A DNA stretch of 64,000 bases from Adineta vaga (Eukaryota; Animalia; Rotifera), in contig CP075497.1 in NCBI GenBank assembly GCA_021613535.1, positions 3,286,001 through 3,350,000 on the forward strand, read 5' to 3'. Position 1 is the first letter of the stretch. Each line of letters starts with the position of its first letter. Below are positions 11,319 through 25,922 of the stretch, piece by piece. The position numbers and the translations under genes were made by a program. The notes beneath the pieces were generated by a model. That model saw nothing but the letters and a program-made list of their open reading frames with translations. It was not told the DNA's origin and did no database searches.

Positions 11319-13677
11319 ATGACCAGTCAATAGTGATGTGTATAATTTAAAACTAAAATGACATACATACATTTATATATTTACATGTATATAAGATATT
11401 TGCATAATCAATATATACAGGAACAGTTTCTTTATTGAAGCATATGTACGAGCTACGTAGTATCCTATACACGAGCAATCAATCGATCATAGAAGAGTGT
11501 CTAATGTTTTTTTAAGTGTAGTAATTAACTATCACTTTTCATCAATAGATTTCGAACTTTAATAATTAGTATTTCTTTTGGGAAAACGAAATGAAAGTAA
11601 TTACATCATCGTTTTTCTCTATTCTATAAAACTAAATACATCAATTTCCTATGTCAAATAAGATAAGTTAAAAGAAAATCAAATATGTGTATGTTCATTT
11701 TATTTGATGCATCACGTAAACATTGTCATTTCTATTCAACATATGTATGTTTATATCGGTTGTTTTCATCTCTAGATTGATAAGCTTGAGACACCAACAA
11801 TATCATCACAGACACATTCGACAAATATGCTTACGGATCACATTTTATATGGGAATGCACATACATATGTATTTTGATCATCAAAAGAGAAAATAGTTCG
11901 GCTCGAATTCATTGAATTTAATCCTAGTCTGAAGAAAGAAACAAGCTCGCTATTCTCTTTCTATCTATAGTGACCATCACGAGACAATCGATAATTGTAT
12001 GTTCGTTGAAGTGACAAAGAAAAATCAAATTCAATCATATGATTCAAAACACGAAATAGATATCGATCGACATATAGACACTCACATGATATTGCTGTTA
12101 TTGTCCATTGTTGAAGTTTGATTAACATGATGATGTTTGATAGTTCATTCAATGTCTTTCTTTCATCTATAAGAAAAGAAAAATGAAAAAAACATGCGAC
12201 ATTGTTCAACTGATAGAATAAGATTATCTTAGAACAAAAGCAAATCAAATGTTTTTCCTTCTTGAATGGAATACTGTTCATTGAAGATTAGAATGAGATA
12301 GAAAAGGCAAATGTTCCTCTCTTTCTTCTTCTTTTTCATCAATTGTATTCTCGAATAGACAAGAGAATGTAGAAAGATGTAGAAACAGATTGAACGACAA
12401 TGATTGGGCACAATAGAGGAAGAAAAAAGACGATTGAGGGCAACACCTCAAGGCGGGGTCAAAACACAGAACAACAGTCTATGATAAACTGAGAGAGAGA
12501 GAGAGAGGGAGGAAGCGACGAGAATGAATAACGAGAAAAGATAAAATTAATTAATAATATGCGACAAAAGAAGAAACTTTTTTTTCAATGAAAGTTACGT
12601 CGTCATAATATCTAATCGGTGTCTTTTTCTTGTCATTCTTTTATTACTAACCATTCTCAATAATTTATCGGAATTCGAAGGAAAGAAAAAATGCGCACAG
12701 ATGCACATCTGAATCGTTAATGGAAAGCACTTGTAGTATGAACAGTTAAGATTGTAATGTTATTTTAGAACGATCCATCACCAATAATGCCCCAGCGATT
12801 GTATACCAAGGTTATCAATCGTTTCTCTGATGCTACCAGATGAACATTCTTTCGGCATCGTCTGATATAACTTGAAACACGAGAATAGATTAACTTCAGA
12901 TGTATTGCTAAGAGAAGAACTGAAATCAATTCGGACAAGAAAATAGACAATTGTTTTTATACAATACTATTCTTTACTATGAAATAATAACAAATAATTG
13001 AAAAATGACGCATGCGATTGATTTGATTTGTTTATGAGAATATATCTAATGTTGTACAGGATGCAATCAATGAAGTAATCAGTAGTATGTGATTCTTCTG
13101 TTTCTTCTTCTTAAAATAACAACAAATCAACCAGATGATATACGAGTAATCGTTTAGTAACAAAATAATAGTTCACTATATCATGATGCAATAATACATA
13201 TAGTATTTCTCAGACGAAGAGATATGGGAAATTATCGACAATGGAAGAATATCTCATAATTAGTTAGAAAGGGAATTGATCTATCTACAGATGCGATGTA
13301 CTGACTTAAATCGAAAACAGTATAAAAGAAAAGAGTGTTTAACTAACTATGTACAAACCATTGGTGATTGGCGAAGACAAAAAAAACACGACTAGACGAC
13401 GATGAAAGGACACAAAGAAATTTTGGCAGTTATGATAATTGGTCAACACATTTCAACAATAAAATCAATAATATCACAAAATAAATTCGAATTTTCTATC
13501 GAAGAAAATTTTGATTTCCTCAAAATAATTTTTTTCTCTTTATTTCAATCAAAACGATTATTTATTGTTTTTTTAAAAAGCGCCATCTACAACCTATGTT
13601 CAATATACACGTGAAAAATGTTTTTTTTTCTATTATTCTGTTAAATAGTATACGAAATATTTACAAAATATTTCAAT

Positions 13678-15330
13678 ATGCCGTTCCTTTTAAAACCAAC
13701 CTTACAAGCAACACTATTTGTCGTTTGGGGTCTTATATTGATTAATCTGATATTTCTATCAGCATTTACATTCTTCCTTTTCAATCTTTGTTTAACAACA
13801 TTTATGATTTGGTTTATTATTACAATTCTTGCTTGGGGTTTAGCATTGATTCCTATTTTAAAGTTTGTCTTTATACCATGGTATCGGAAACAATGTCGCC
13901 AATGGACAAGAAATGATCGACAATGTCGTTTAAGTATTGCTTTTTTTCATCCATATTGTAATGATGGCGGTGGTGGTGAACGTGTACTATGGAGTGCAAT
14001 TGAATCCATTCTTAAGAAATATAAAAATAACATTCAAATAATTATTTATACAGGTGACACAGATGCAACACCTGAAGATATTCTTCTTCGTGTTAAACAA
14101 CGTTTTGATATGAATATGCAAGTTTATAAACCATCAATAACATTTATTTATCTTCGAAGTCGTTTTTTTGTTGAAGCAAAATATTATAAAATGTTTACTT
14201 TGTTAGGACAAAGTATTGGTTCAATGATCTTAGGTTTAGAAGCAATGATACGTTTTATACCAGATATTTATATTGATTCCATGGGTTATGCATTTACTTA
14301 TCCATTGTTTCGTTATTTAGCATCAGTACCTGTCTTTGCTTATGTTCATTATCCAACTATAAGCACAGATATGCTTGAACAAGTGAGAGAACGTCGTCCA
14401 ACTTATAATAATCGTGGTTTAATTGCTAATAGTTCAAGTGTTAGTCAAATTAAACTAGTTTACTATCGATTATTTGCATATTTATATGGTTGGTGTGGTA
14501 AATGTGCACAAATGGCTTATTGTAATTCTTCATGGACACAAGGACATATCGAACGGATTTGGACTTTACCAGCACGTTCTATTCATCTTGTTTATCCACC
14601 GTGTGATGTAAAACAATTCTTATCGATGCCATTAGTTAATGATAATGAACAAATAGTGAAAACATTTGTATCTGTAGGACAATTTCGACCTGAAAAAGAT
14701 CATGAATTACAAATTCGATCATTTCATGAACTTTTACAAAGGTTTGAACATTTCTCTTTTCATTCAAATTGATTTAGTTAATTTTTTTAGAATTCCTGAA
14801 CATCGTCAAAGATTACGATTAATCTTGATTGGTAGTGTTCGACATGAGGATGACAAACAACGTGTTGAACAACTAAAAACACTTGTTGAAAATTTAAATA
14901 TCACTGAAGAAGTTGAATTCAAATTGAATATTAACTTTAATGAATTAAAAAATCATTTAAACAAAGCATTGATTGGATTACATACAATGTGGAATGAACA
15001 TTTCGGAATTGGTTTGTAAAAGATCATTGATATTTCAATCGTTTTATATTCTCTTTTTTAGGCATTGTGGAAATGATGGCAGCTGGTGCTATTGTTCTTG
15101 CTCATAAATCTGGTGGACCAAAACTGGATATTGTTGATGAAGGACAAACAGGTTTTCTTGCATCAGATATTGACTCTTATGCTACAATGATGCGACATAT
15201 ATTGGAAATGAAATCAGATGAACGACAACAGATACGTGAACGTGCACGTGAATGTGTCGATCGTTTTAGTATGATAAATTTTGAGAAAAAATTTATGGAA
15301 CCACTCGAAAAATTTATACATGTGGAATAG
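13678..15330 (+). CDS. ALG11: ALG11 alpha-1,2-mannosyltransferase; introns 14742-14790 and 15012-15061
   Basis: FFHPYCNDGGGGERVLW, YVHYPTISTDML, VGQFRPEKDH, LHTMWNEHFGI, AHKSGGP. Confidence 0.96.
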
Positions 15331-16308
15331 AAACTTTTTTATTTGTTACCTTGTTCTTTTCTTTTTATATATTATTTGTTTCGCTTTTGTTTTACGTTAA
15401 AGAAATGACGAGAGGTTAAACCGGTTTTTCATCGTTATTGAAAATAGACGATGAATGATATTCATGAATTTTCGAACCGCAAACTAATTTCTATTGAGAT
15501 CATTGATGATGTTTAATAAAATATATTTCTAAACTCGCTTACATAAATCACAAACATAGTCTGAAGAAAAAGAAAAAGAACAACTCATCTTTTGAAACAT
15601 CAGACGATTTAATTTTTCTTCTCTCAAACAGTATCGATCGTCAAATAAACTTTGAAGTGTCACGAAATATCATTCGAACAGATGGCCTATAACGAATAAT
15701 ATTACGTGTGAAACCGTTACGAATCAATGTCGGCAGACACATTTATAACAAGTGAATAGAATCTATATTGAACAAACATAAATCATCATTGCTTATCAAA
15801 TATCTATGATCTATTCCGCTACTTATTCTCTTTCTCTATATTCACCTGTTTTGTTTTTCCATTCAATTAGAAAAAATTTTAAATAGTTTCAAGTTTGAGA
15901 GATTTTATGACATTAGATTATCAGTAGATATTGTATGATGAGTTAGCTAATAACGATTGAGAAACGAAACCGAAGAAGAGAAGCAAACACAAGAAATGAT
16001 TTACCTGTTGTTATATATGATTTATGTGAACCAACGAAAAAAAAATTTGTATGCAATTGACCAATGAGATTTTTTTTTCATTACTTTTCTTTCTCTCTCT
16101 TATCATTTGTACACATAGAAAATTAATCAAATGAATATCTTTCAAGTGTTTCTCTTCTACCCATCAGTTTTCAATATGTTCTTTTTTCCATTCAAACGAC
16201 ATTAATCGTTTGTTAGTTTCTTCTTCAAACGGCAGTTAAAATACGATCTTTATTGACTATATTTGGAGTGTGCACCATTTGTTATTCTATTTCAACGATC
16301 ACACCAAT

Positions 16309-17126
16309 ATGGATGGAACGACATCCGCTGTAAATTATCTTCTGTCGCCAACGTCTAACGATTATTACGATCATCATTCGTTACAACCTATACAATCGTT
16401 AGGCAACTTACCTTACTTTCAATCAGAAGCTGTTGAATGTCTTTACGAGCAACAGAAAACGGAATTTCATTCACCATCCTCTTACGGATATCATACGTTA
16501 CAACAACAACAACAACAATCATCTTTTGGATATGCTCCAACGATTTATGATGGACAATCTACACAATCATTTTTACAAGACTCTAATGTTCTTTTTCTAC
16601 AAAATCAACCTCGATTACCACCTAATTACGATATACCATCGACATCTCAATCAATTCAATCAACTATATCTGTATCAGCGAGACACTTAAAAAGAGAAAC
16701 GGACGATATACCAACGTCATCAGACAAAAATCATGTGTACGAATGGATGAAAGGTATTTATATAGATACTTGCACAATTGAATTCGAAGAGTACGAGCAA
16801 TCTTTTGTTTTTGTTTTTAGGTGATCAAATTCGACGAAAACATCGACAAGTTTATACACGTGCTCAAACATTTGAATTAGAAAAGGAATATCGTTTTAGT
16901 CAGTATCTAACACGTAAACGTCGGTCAGAAATTGCTGGTGCTGTTCAACTTAGTGATCGACAAGTAAAAATTTGGTATGATTATTGTTTTAATATACTGA
17001 ATGAAAGTGGTATGTGATTGATGTTTTTCTAGGTTTCAAAATAGAAGAATGAAAGAAAAACGAGAAAATCTAAAATTTAATTCAGCAGTATCAACATCAA
17101 AACAACGTCTGGATTATTCTTCATGA
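16309..17126 (+). CDS. MedPost: Hox-class homeobox gene, most likely MedPost; exons 16309-16753, 16821-16974, 17033-17126
   Basis: Hexapeptide VYEWMK, then an intron, then homeodomain [60 protein letters not shown]. It mixes central (Q6, LTRKRR, E59) and posterior-like (K3, Y20, V45) residues. The homeobox call is certain; the class call is less so. Confidence 0.75.
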
Positions 17127-18350
17127 ACGTAACATTGCTGTGATATTTGTACTGACGTGTTTTTCTGTGTGTAATAAAACTATCTCTCCGTTCTATATAA
17201 ATTTATAAACAAGATTTTCCAGGAATCTTGCTTAAACACTATTAGTATCTAAATATAGAAAATGTTTCTCTCTTCTTCTCCTCTTGTATATATAAATCGG
17301 ATATTCAAAGATATCTATTTCGACGCTTGAGAAAAACTTACTTATTGAAGTTGTTCTCTAAAAGACAATGTGATCAGAAAATATCGATGATTTTTATCAT
17401 GCGCATACGCTTATCTAAAAATGTGTGATGAGAGATATCTCAAAAATATTCATCTAAATTTGTTAAAATAACTTTGAAAATTGATCAACTAAAGATGTCA
17501 CTGACAATAAATAGCAACAGATGATTTATTTTTGTTATTGGATAGTAGATATTCCAACCAGATGTACCTCTCCTGTTAGTTAAATTCATACTTTTGCCTT
17601 TTGCGGGTATGCTTTTTAAGTATTCCTTCAATCTTAATTTTGAAAATTCATAATCAGTTCATTTAACAACATACATATACAACGAACGTAAAAAATCAGG
17701 CTATTTCTAACTGATCAAAAAAGTGTTTCTGTTATTGCAAAATTGATTTTTATTTTATCTGTCAAAAAACATTTAGATCAGATAAATCATTGATCAAGAT
17801 CTAGAGAAATGCAAATATATCTATTTGTATCGTACAGTAACAAAATATAAACATCATCCTATTTCCTATCATTCTCACACATATATACATGTTGTTATAG
17901 ATTTTCATCATTAACATCATTTGAAACGGGTATACATATTTATTTCTTCAAGTATTTTTTAGATTTCGATGGCATGAAGTAAAATTTACACTAGTTTGAA
18001 ATGTAGTATTTCAATGTGTTTGATTTAAACTATGAAACGGACTGACAGTTTTGTTTGAAAAAATAACATTTACTATTGGCAAAAGAATTCTTTCATAATA
18101 ATACTATCATTGATAGCAGCGTATGTACCATCTGTTGGTATAGACGAGAGTAATGAGACGTTCTTTTAAACACAAATTATGAGTAGTCGATTTGAGACAA
18201 ATTGTAAACAAACAGTACACACGTGTGCTCTGTTTTGATGATACAAAAACATGAATAGTAACTTTCACAATTATGTTTGTTTATTTTCAGATTAGGTTTT
18301 ATATTAATCCCTAAACTCATTAAACATTCATTTGTTTTAATTCGAAAACT

Positions 18351-21300
18351 ATGTCAGAAGCTGTTTGTCCATGTTGCAAGCTTTTAGGAAAACCTCCAGC
18401 TCGCGTCAATTTTATCATTACAGCAGGTGTTCCAGGTAGTTTAGTTTATGAACGTATTATATATTTACTAAAAAAACATTCCGATTTTTCTACATCTTCT
18501 GATGATAGTCGTTTCACTAATTATGAAATATTGATGAATATTAATGAAAAACTTTTTACTCTACAGAATCATTCTATTTCAAATGATCAATCGTTGACAT
18601 CTCCAGCGGAAATATGTTGTTACGGATTGACCACAATACCAATTTCCAATACTATTATATCCGATGCTGTTACGTTAGAGAAATTACGGGATCATATTCA
18701 TGACTTATTGAATCCAACTGTCAATTTAGAGGAAAAAGAAAAAGAGACAGGATCTAAAACGAAAAGTTGGATCATATTGGATGGATCTGGCTGCTTAGAA
18801 CCATCATTTCTCAATATATTTCTGGATCTCAAAAAAGATACATCGTTATTATTTGATTTTACATTCACTCTTGTATGTTTTCTTGTTGATGAACAACAAC
18901 TTTTTGAAAATTGGCTTCATGAAAATCTTTCTATTGATGATTATCAATCAAATACATATCCCGAATATGAACGATTAGTTAATGGTTTTTTTCCAATATT
19001 GAATTCTTCTAAATATCTTCAACAAAATACATTGTTAATTCAAGAACAAACAATGGTAACTGATGAAGCACTTCTAACACTGATACGGAATCTTTTCCGA
19101 TCAGAATCATCAAAATATAGAGCAAATAACGATTCGCTTCGTCAAAACATGTCAAAATTACTTAATCGCCGACGACGAACAGTACGTGATATACGTAATG
19201 TTCGAAATAGTTTACAACGAGCCTATCAATCAGTTATAGAAAACCGATTAAAACCACTTCTCAACGATCTTCGACAAGCAAGCACAGCAGCTAATGCAGC
19301 ACGTCAAATTGTTAATATTGTTCTTAATGAATTTGAACGTACAAATGAAGAAGAATTACGTGTCTACAAGAGATTACTGGTGCTTGGTTTCGGATTTAAT
19401 GATGCCAAGTATTCAAATACGATTGCAGCACAATTAGTTCATTATGCTCTTCATCTACTTGAAGAAAATAATGATTCATTAATACCACTTCTTTATTCAA
19501 TCATCTTGTCTATCTGTGTCTTGGGTAATCATTTTTATTTTCGTCATGATTTATTTAATAATACACCTGAAATCTATAAATTGAGTTTATTATTGATTAA
19601 TCAACGACAGTATGCTTTAACATTAGCTGGTCTTCGACTATGTGTTACTATCTTACATGGTGATCAAAATGAACATAAATATGCTATTGCTTATTTAACG
19701 CATGATCCGTTAACAGCCCGCAAAATTCTCGATGCAATCAAATGGCTTTTATCACCTTATGTCATGCTGAACAAGCTATGGAGGGAAGAACAAGAGGAGG
19801 AAAAAGATGATACTTCAGAGTAAGTGTATGTACTTTTGTATTTTATCAATTTTTGACTTTGTTTCTTGCATTATTACCAGGGTAAACGAAAAACAACCGA
19901 CATTATTCATTGTCGAAAAGTGCTGTTTCCGTCATGCAGCTATTTTGATCGAACGATCCTATTTACGTAGTCTAGCATCTTTATTTTATGGTTCAGCAGA
20001 TCATTGTGCGTTGGTGAACGAAGATGACATACACACGATCGTCGACGTGATATATGTTTTAGCTGATCCACGTTTGTCTTCTTGGTTTAGAGGTGATAGC
20101 AAAGTTGGTTTGAGTTTAGTGCTTGTCAATCATCTCTGTTCTCTTCTCACACCTATTGTTCAATATAGTCCGCCTGCTGTTGTTTTGGCATTGCAGAGTA
20201 AAAAGGGTCTACTCACGACAATTCCCAGAACTATCCTAGGTTTATTCAAAGCGACTGAAATTGATGAGAATATGATAGGTATATGTGTTCGTTTTTATGC
20301 ACGACTTGTTCAATTAATATGTAAACAAGAAAAGTCTCATGACGATGATGATGATGATGATACTGACGAAAATGAAAAACAGGACGACTCATCTACTTCA
20401 CAAAAAACTGAACTTACTCTTCCAGCGCAAGAATCTTTGAATCTTTCGCAAGATCTGATATCATCGTATTTCAATTTATATAAAAATGTTCAGAAAACAA
20501 TTTCATTCGACGAAAAGATTTCTCGAGAAGAACAGATTAAAGAATTCTTCCGTCAAGAATGGAAGAAATTAGATGTTTTACAACTACAACATGATTATCA
20601 ACAACTTAAACAAGAATATGCTTCACTGAACGAAAAATTCACTGACGTGAAGAATGAATTACAGCGTACCCAGTTAGAAAATGATCAATTTAGAAAAGAA
20701 AATAGTCGATTAGAACAAGAAATTGATAATGAAAAACGTGCACCACTAAACAATATTGTGATTCAATCTCCGACAGCATCGATTTCTATCTCAACAGAGA
20801 GTAGTTATCAAAAAAGTATTATCGATGAATTACAAAATGTTTCTTCAAATGAAATTACTGCCGAACAAGCAGAACAATGTATTCGAGAAATTTATCATCG
20901 ACGTACAACATTCAGTGATCCTGATATGCGAAAATCTATTTGTGGATCATTGAAGCATCTTGGCTCTGATCTTTATAGTTCATCTGTGCATTTCTTACAT
21001 GAACTCATTCAGGTTCGTTTATTCATTCATGACTCTTCCCATTATTATTGATATTTTTTCAAACTGTATAGAATGCTGAAGATAATTTTTATGCGTCTAC
21101 AATCATCCCATGTTTACGTATTGAAATTAATCACAATTATCTTCTTCTATCGAATAATGAACAAGGTTTTCGAACACGTGATGTCGTAGCTATTTGTAGT
21201 TTAGCTGTTAGCACAAAGACAGCCGAAGAACAACATATTGGTGAAAAAGGTGTTGGTTTTAAATCTGTTTTTGCTGCTTCCAATCAACCAATGTTAATTT

Positions 21301-24300
21301 CACATGCTTGGAAATTTAGTTTCAAAGTTCCCGGTGCCGATGCTATGGCATATATCACTCCTTTATGGATTCAAGATCAAGATATTCCCGAATGTGTTTC
21401 TAAACAAATTTCAATTCATCCTCAGTATACTCATCTATATCTTCCACTGAAAATACAAGCACATACATCCGATGCACATATCTTTCTTAATCAAGTCGTT
21501 AAAGCTGCAGATCCATGTATTCTTCTCAATATGCGTCATTTGAAAAAACTTGAAATTATCGATCAAAGAGAAGATAAACTTACCGTTATTGAAAAGCAAT
21601 TGATAGATTCAACGAAACTTGAATCAAAACCTCTTATTACATTCGAAAATTTCATCTATTATGATCTTAGTGGATCGATTATTCAATTGGGTACTTCATC
21701 AAAATTCAATACTTTTCGAGTATATACATGCTATGTTAATGTACCAAATTCTATTGAACAACGACGATCACCAAAAATACGATTAATTATGGCATTTCCT
21801 TGTGAACATGATTATTGTTTGACAAGTACAGTTTATACTGGTTTACCTGTTTGTGATCTTGGTTTTAACTTTTTATTCAATGCTGATTTTCAATTAGTAA
21901 CAAGTCGAGAAAATGTTCGAGAAAATGCTCCATTAAATTCATTTATTCGTGATCATTTAGCAACTCTTTTCGTCTATCTCTTATTAAATGACGTGGATTT
22001 ACGAAAAGATATCAGTCGATATTGTCCTTCGTCCAATACATCTCAAGTCAAACATTCATCCTGGTGGCTAGTAATGATTGATAGAATCAATGAATTAATA
22101 ACTAAATATTTGTCAGTATTATTCGATATTCAATTTGGTAAGAAGATATTCTTCGTGATATTCTAATTTATAAATACATTTAGGTAAAGCAATTCGTTAT
22201 TTGAACAAAGATTTAACATCACTTGTATCAAATGAACAATTGTACAATTGTGCTGATATTCAAGTTATAAATACAGACGATGAATTCTTGACAACTGAAC
22301 GATTGAAATCTTTTGAAATTCAATCTGTATCTATTCTCGATGTTTTGAATTGTTTTCCCAATGAAAATGAAGTGGAAGCATCTACAAAAAATGAATTTCA
22401 TTCATGGACAAAAAAACAAGATGAACAATGGTGGTCTCAATTCTTTCATCAAATCAATCAAACAATGACAAATGATATTGCTGATAAAATGTTAGAAAAA
22501 CCAATTTTTCTTCTTAGAAACACTGATCAAAGACAATATTTACCAACGAAAGATGACAATTCTCGTTTGCTTCTCTTCATTACAGATGATTTACTATTTC
22601 AAATGTGGAAAAGACAACTAATATTATTACGATATTCATCATTGTCAGAAAGAAATGCTCTTCTCATGTCAAATCATGTACAACTTCTTACGGATGATCG
22701 AATGATTGAAATTATTCGTCAGCATCATTTAGAATTATATCCTTTATCACAAACAATCAACGTAGATATGAAATTAATTGAAGAAATATGGAATGATTTA
22801 GCTTATTTAAAATGTCGAATTGATAAACTCGATAAATCAACTCCTTTCTTAATACCTGTGAATAGTAAAGCAAATCTAACTCCAATTCAACATGCAATAT
22901 TACCAACGATCTTAGGAATAGATATTCGTTCTTATATGTATCCAACAGCATCACCTATTATTCTATTTCCATATCAGAATTCGTCACGTCATTCGTTAAG
23001 CAATATTTTACAATGGGAACATTTCTTACTTGAAATGAATTGTCAACGATCATCTATTTATCTTCCAAACGATTATACAATTAATCGTTTACCACTTTTA
23101 CCTACATTGACTATGTATGAAGATGAAAAATGTGCTCAATTAGGTGAACTCATACTTTCCGCTCAAACACAAAGTACAAAAGATTGTATTCATCAATTTC
23201 CTATAGTTGATAATTCAACGAATGAACAACAAATTAGTCCAGTTTCTACTGCATTCGATGAGATTATTGTTCATGATTTACCATGCTTACCACGTCTAAC
23301 TATTCCATCTTATTGTCATAAATTAGCCAAACAATTAGGTATATGTGTTGAATACGATCTTCGTACTTGTGTCACAATACTCCAATTGTTAAGTGACGAA
23401 AAGAATAGAAACATTGACTTGTATATTCAATGGTTAGGTCACTTACAATTGTATGTTCGTCAACAACGTGATCAATTTAATTTACATAATTTACTCAGTT
23501 CATGTCGTTTATATCTTCCTGATCAAAACAATTTTTATTCACTAGAACAACTTTTAGTCATACCAAACGATACACGACATCATAATGGTATATCATCCAT
23601 TTCGAAATATCTCGAATTACAAATCATTTCACCATCAAACAATCAAATTTATTGGCAATTTAAAGAACTTTTCAATCTCCTCGGTTGTACATGTAAAGTC
23701 TATATTGATCATGTTTACAAAACAATTTATTTCGCAAGTCGAGATAAGAGTAATTTCTTTATTTTGGGAGATTGTCTTACAACTTTGAATGAAAATGGAT
23801 TGGAAACGATGATTACTTTATTTCAATATTTAGAAGAATTGATATTAGAACGTGTCAGAGATAGTAAAGAAAAGTATCCTGATCTATATCATACTGTGAT
23901 CGAAAATAAACATAAAACAACTCCAGATGGTAGTCGAGAAGATTTAGAATGGCGTTTTAGTTTTACTTGTAATTCTTTATCGCAACAACTTAAGGAATTG
24001 ACTGGTTTACAATCTCAACCACATAAAATTGGTCTGCTTATGATTGATCGACAATTAATTCCCAAAGAAACTGATACTATTATTTATGCATGTTTAGAAA
24101 CTAAAATTATTCAAAATCTATCGAAACATTTTGGTAAACGATGTTTTATTTTACCACTTATTGTACGTACTTGTCCATTGTTATTGGCAACATTCGAAAT
24201 AGATTATTATGAACGACGTGGAAAACTTCTTTGGATACATAAAAATCATAATCTCGAATATGTTTTAAACCAATTGACCGATATCTTTCGTCATACTCTT

Positions 24301-25922
24301 GATGATCCAACAATTGAAGTAATTGCATCAAAATATGCAAGTGTTACTCTTCTTCTCTCGGATTCTTTCGTAATTGATACAACCAACGTTGATAACGTAA
24401 CTGAAATCCAAAAATATATGGTTGACAGTGATTATCCCTTTTGGATATTTGATAAAATTGTTCTTTTATGTACTGGTGATGCAAGAAATAATTCATCAAA
24501 AGCAATTATTGCTACATCTGCTTTGACTACTCTATTGCACAAACGAAAACATCTTTCATTCGATGAAGCTAAATCTATTGCTCAGAAACACATTAGTACC
24601 TGTACATCATTTCAATCTGAATATCTTGCAAATGTCGCAAGTGCTGAATCAACTATGTATTCATATACAGATATGCTTTTTCCTGTTGATCATCAATTAA
24701 TCGAATCTATGATTATTTCCATAGGGAAATATTGTACTACTGAACAAGATCTGGAAGATGATACACTACCTATAGTTGCTGCTGAACGAAGTGGAATCGA
24801 TCGAATGTATCGCGCTTTAGTACAAACACAAAATCATAATCCTCAACATCAAAATAATCCAAATCAATGGACTGACCCAAGGATTGTTGATGGAATGGAA
24901 CACATCACTATAGGACATAATGCGGAACATTTCTTTTTTACTTATCTACAAAAATGTTATGGGACAATAGATGTAACACCAACGAAAAATTGGCGTTCAT
25001 CATCACGTCTTATCAATCATCCGAATTGTCGTCGAAATGTTGATGATTCAGTTGGTTACGATTTTGAATTACATGATATACGTGAAATATTTGTTCGTGG
25101 AACAGGATCAGTAAGTAAATATTGTTATTTCGAAGTGAAGGGTACAAGTGGATTATTCTCGGAGGTGCATACGCGTTTTCATATTTCTGACAATGAATTA
25201 AACATATGTGAAAGCATCGCAAATGATTCGAAAAGACGAGAACGTAATGCATATTTTATTGTTATTATACAAAATTGTCTTGATCCTGAGAAAATTTCAT
25301 TTGGTACGACAATTAATTGGTACGTTTTTCTCATCTATATCTTTATGATAAAAAATTCGATTATTTTCTTAGGAGTGATAATTTTCATCTATTGGAAGGG
25401 GTGCCAGATAGTTATCAATGCAGAATTATTTCATCTCCGCAAAATAATTCAACTAATTCAGTAACACAAAAATCTACAAATGACGTCCATCATCAACAGC
25501 AACTACCACAACAGAAGGAAGCAGCACAAGCAGTTGTCAAAAATAACAATTCCACAGTTCAATCTGAAACCACAAACAGCCATAAGTCTAAGACTAATCG
25601 ACCAAATCCGTCACACCCTCAAAATTCATCCTCTCAACAGAATCAATCTCAGCAGAAACAACTCCACGAAAAACCTCGACAAGAACAAGTTCATCAACAA
25701 AATCCACTCCCTCAACAAGCTCAATCATTTTATCAAAACCAATCTTATCCACAAAACCACCCATATCAACAAAGTACACTTCCTCAACAATATCAAGTCT
25801 ATCAGCAAATGCAATTTCCTCAGCCACAACAGGTTCGAGGTCGAGGTCGAGGTCGAGGTCGAGGTCGTGGCCAAGTACCTTCTACTCAAACTAGTAGTCG
25901 TCATAGCACACATCGACAATAG
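18351..25922 (+). CDS. ~2450-aa NO VEIN/sacsin-like protein: GHKL-type ATPase plus C-terminal DUF3883 (NOV_C)-like nuclease domain; exons 18351-19819, 19881-21012, 21072-22137, 22184-25319, 25373-25922
   Basis: DLYSSSVHFLHELIQ|NAEDN, NNEQGF, AICSLAVSTK, IGEKGVGFKSVF, FLFNADFQLVTSRE; GHNAE..DDSVGYDF..YFEVKGT..FHISDNE; four GT-AG introns give 7353 nt in frame. Confidence 0.85.
25831..25870 (+). repeat. (GGTCGA)n hexamer tandem repeat encoding an RG-repeat
   Basis: ggttcgaggtcgaggtcgaggtcgaggtcgaggtcgtgg translates to RGRGRGRGRGRG in the last exon of the NOV-like gene. Confidence 0.9.

Noticed and set aside
12490-12510. (GA)n tracts here and at ~10268, ~28800, ~59540 and ~63838
   Set aside because: Ordinary short microsatellites or GAGA-like promoter tracts; nothing further can be supported
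16309-17126. Cdx assignment (YEWM hexapeptide, V7, QVKIW, KE)
   Set aside because: Lacks Cdx-typical YRVVYTDHQR, YITIRRK and RRAKERK; has Hox-type LTRKRR and RRMK. Cdx is disfavoured but not formally excluded without a tree
15330-18350. Hox-linked miR-10 family hairpin
   Set aside because: No ACCCTGTAGA-like mature sequence was noticed around the Hox gene by eye
25831-25870. Tandem repeat as a CRISPR-like array
   Set aside because: It is a simple coding hexamer repeat with no spacers; no CRISPR array or cas gene was seen
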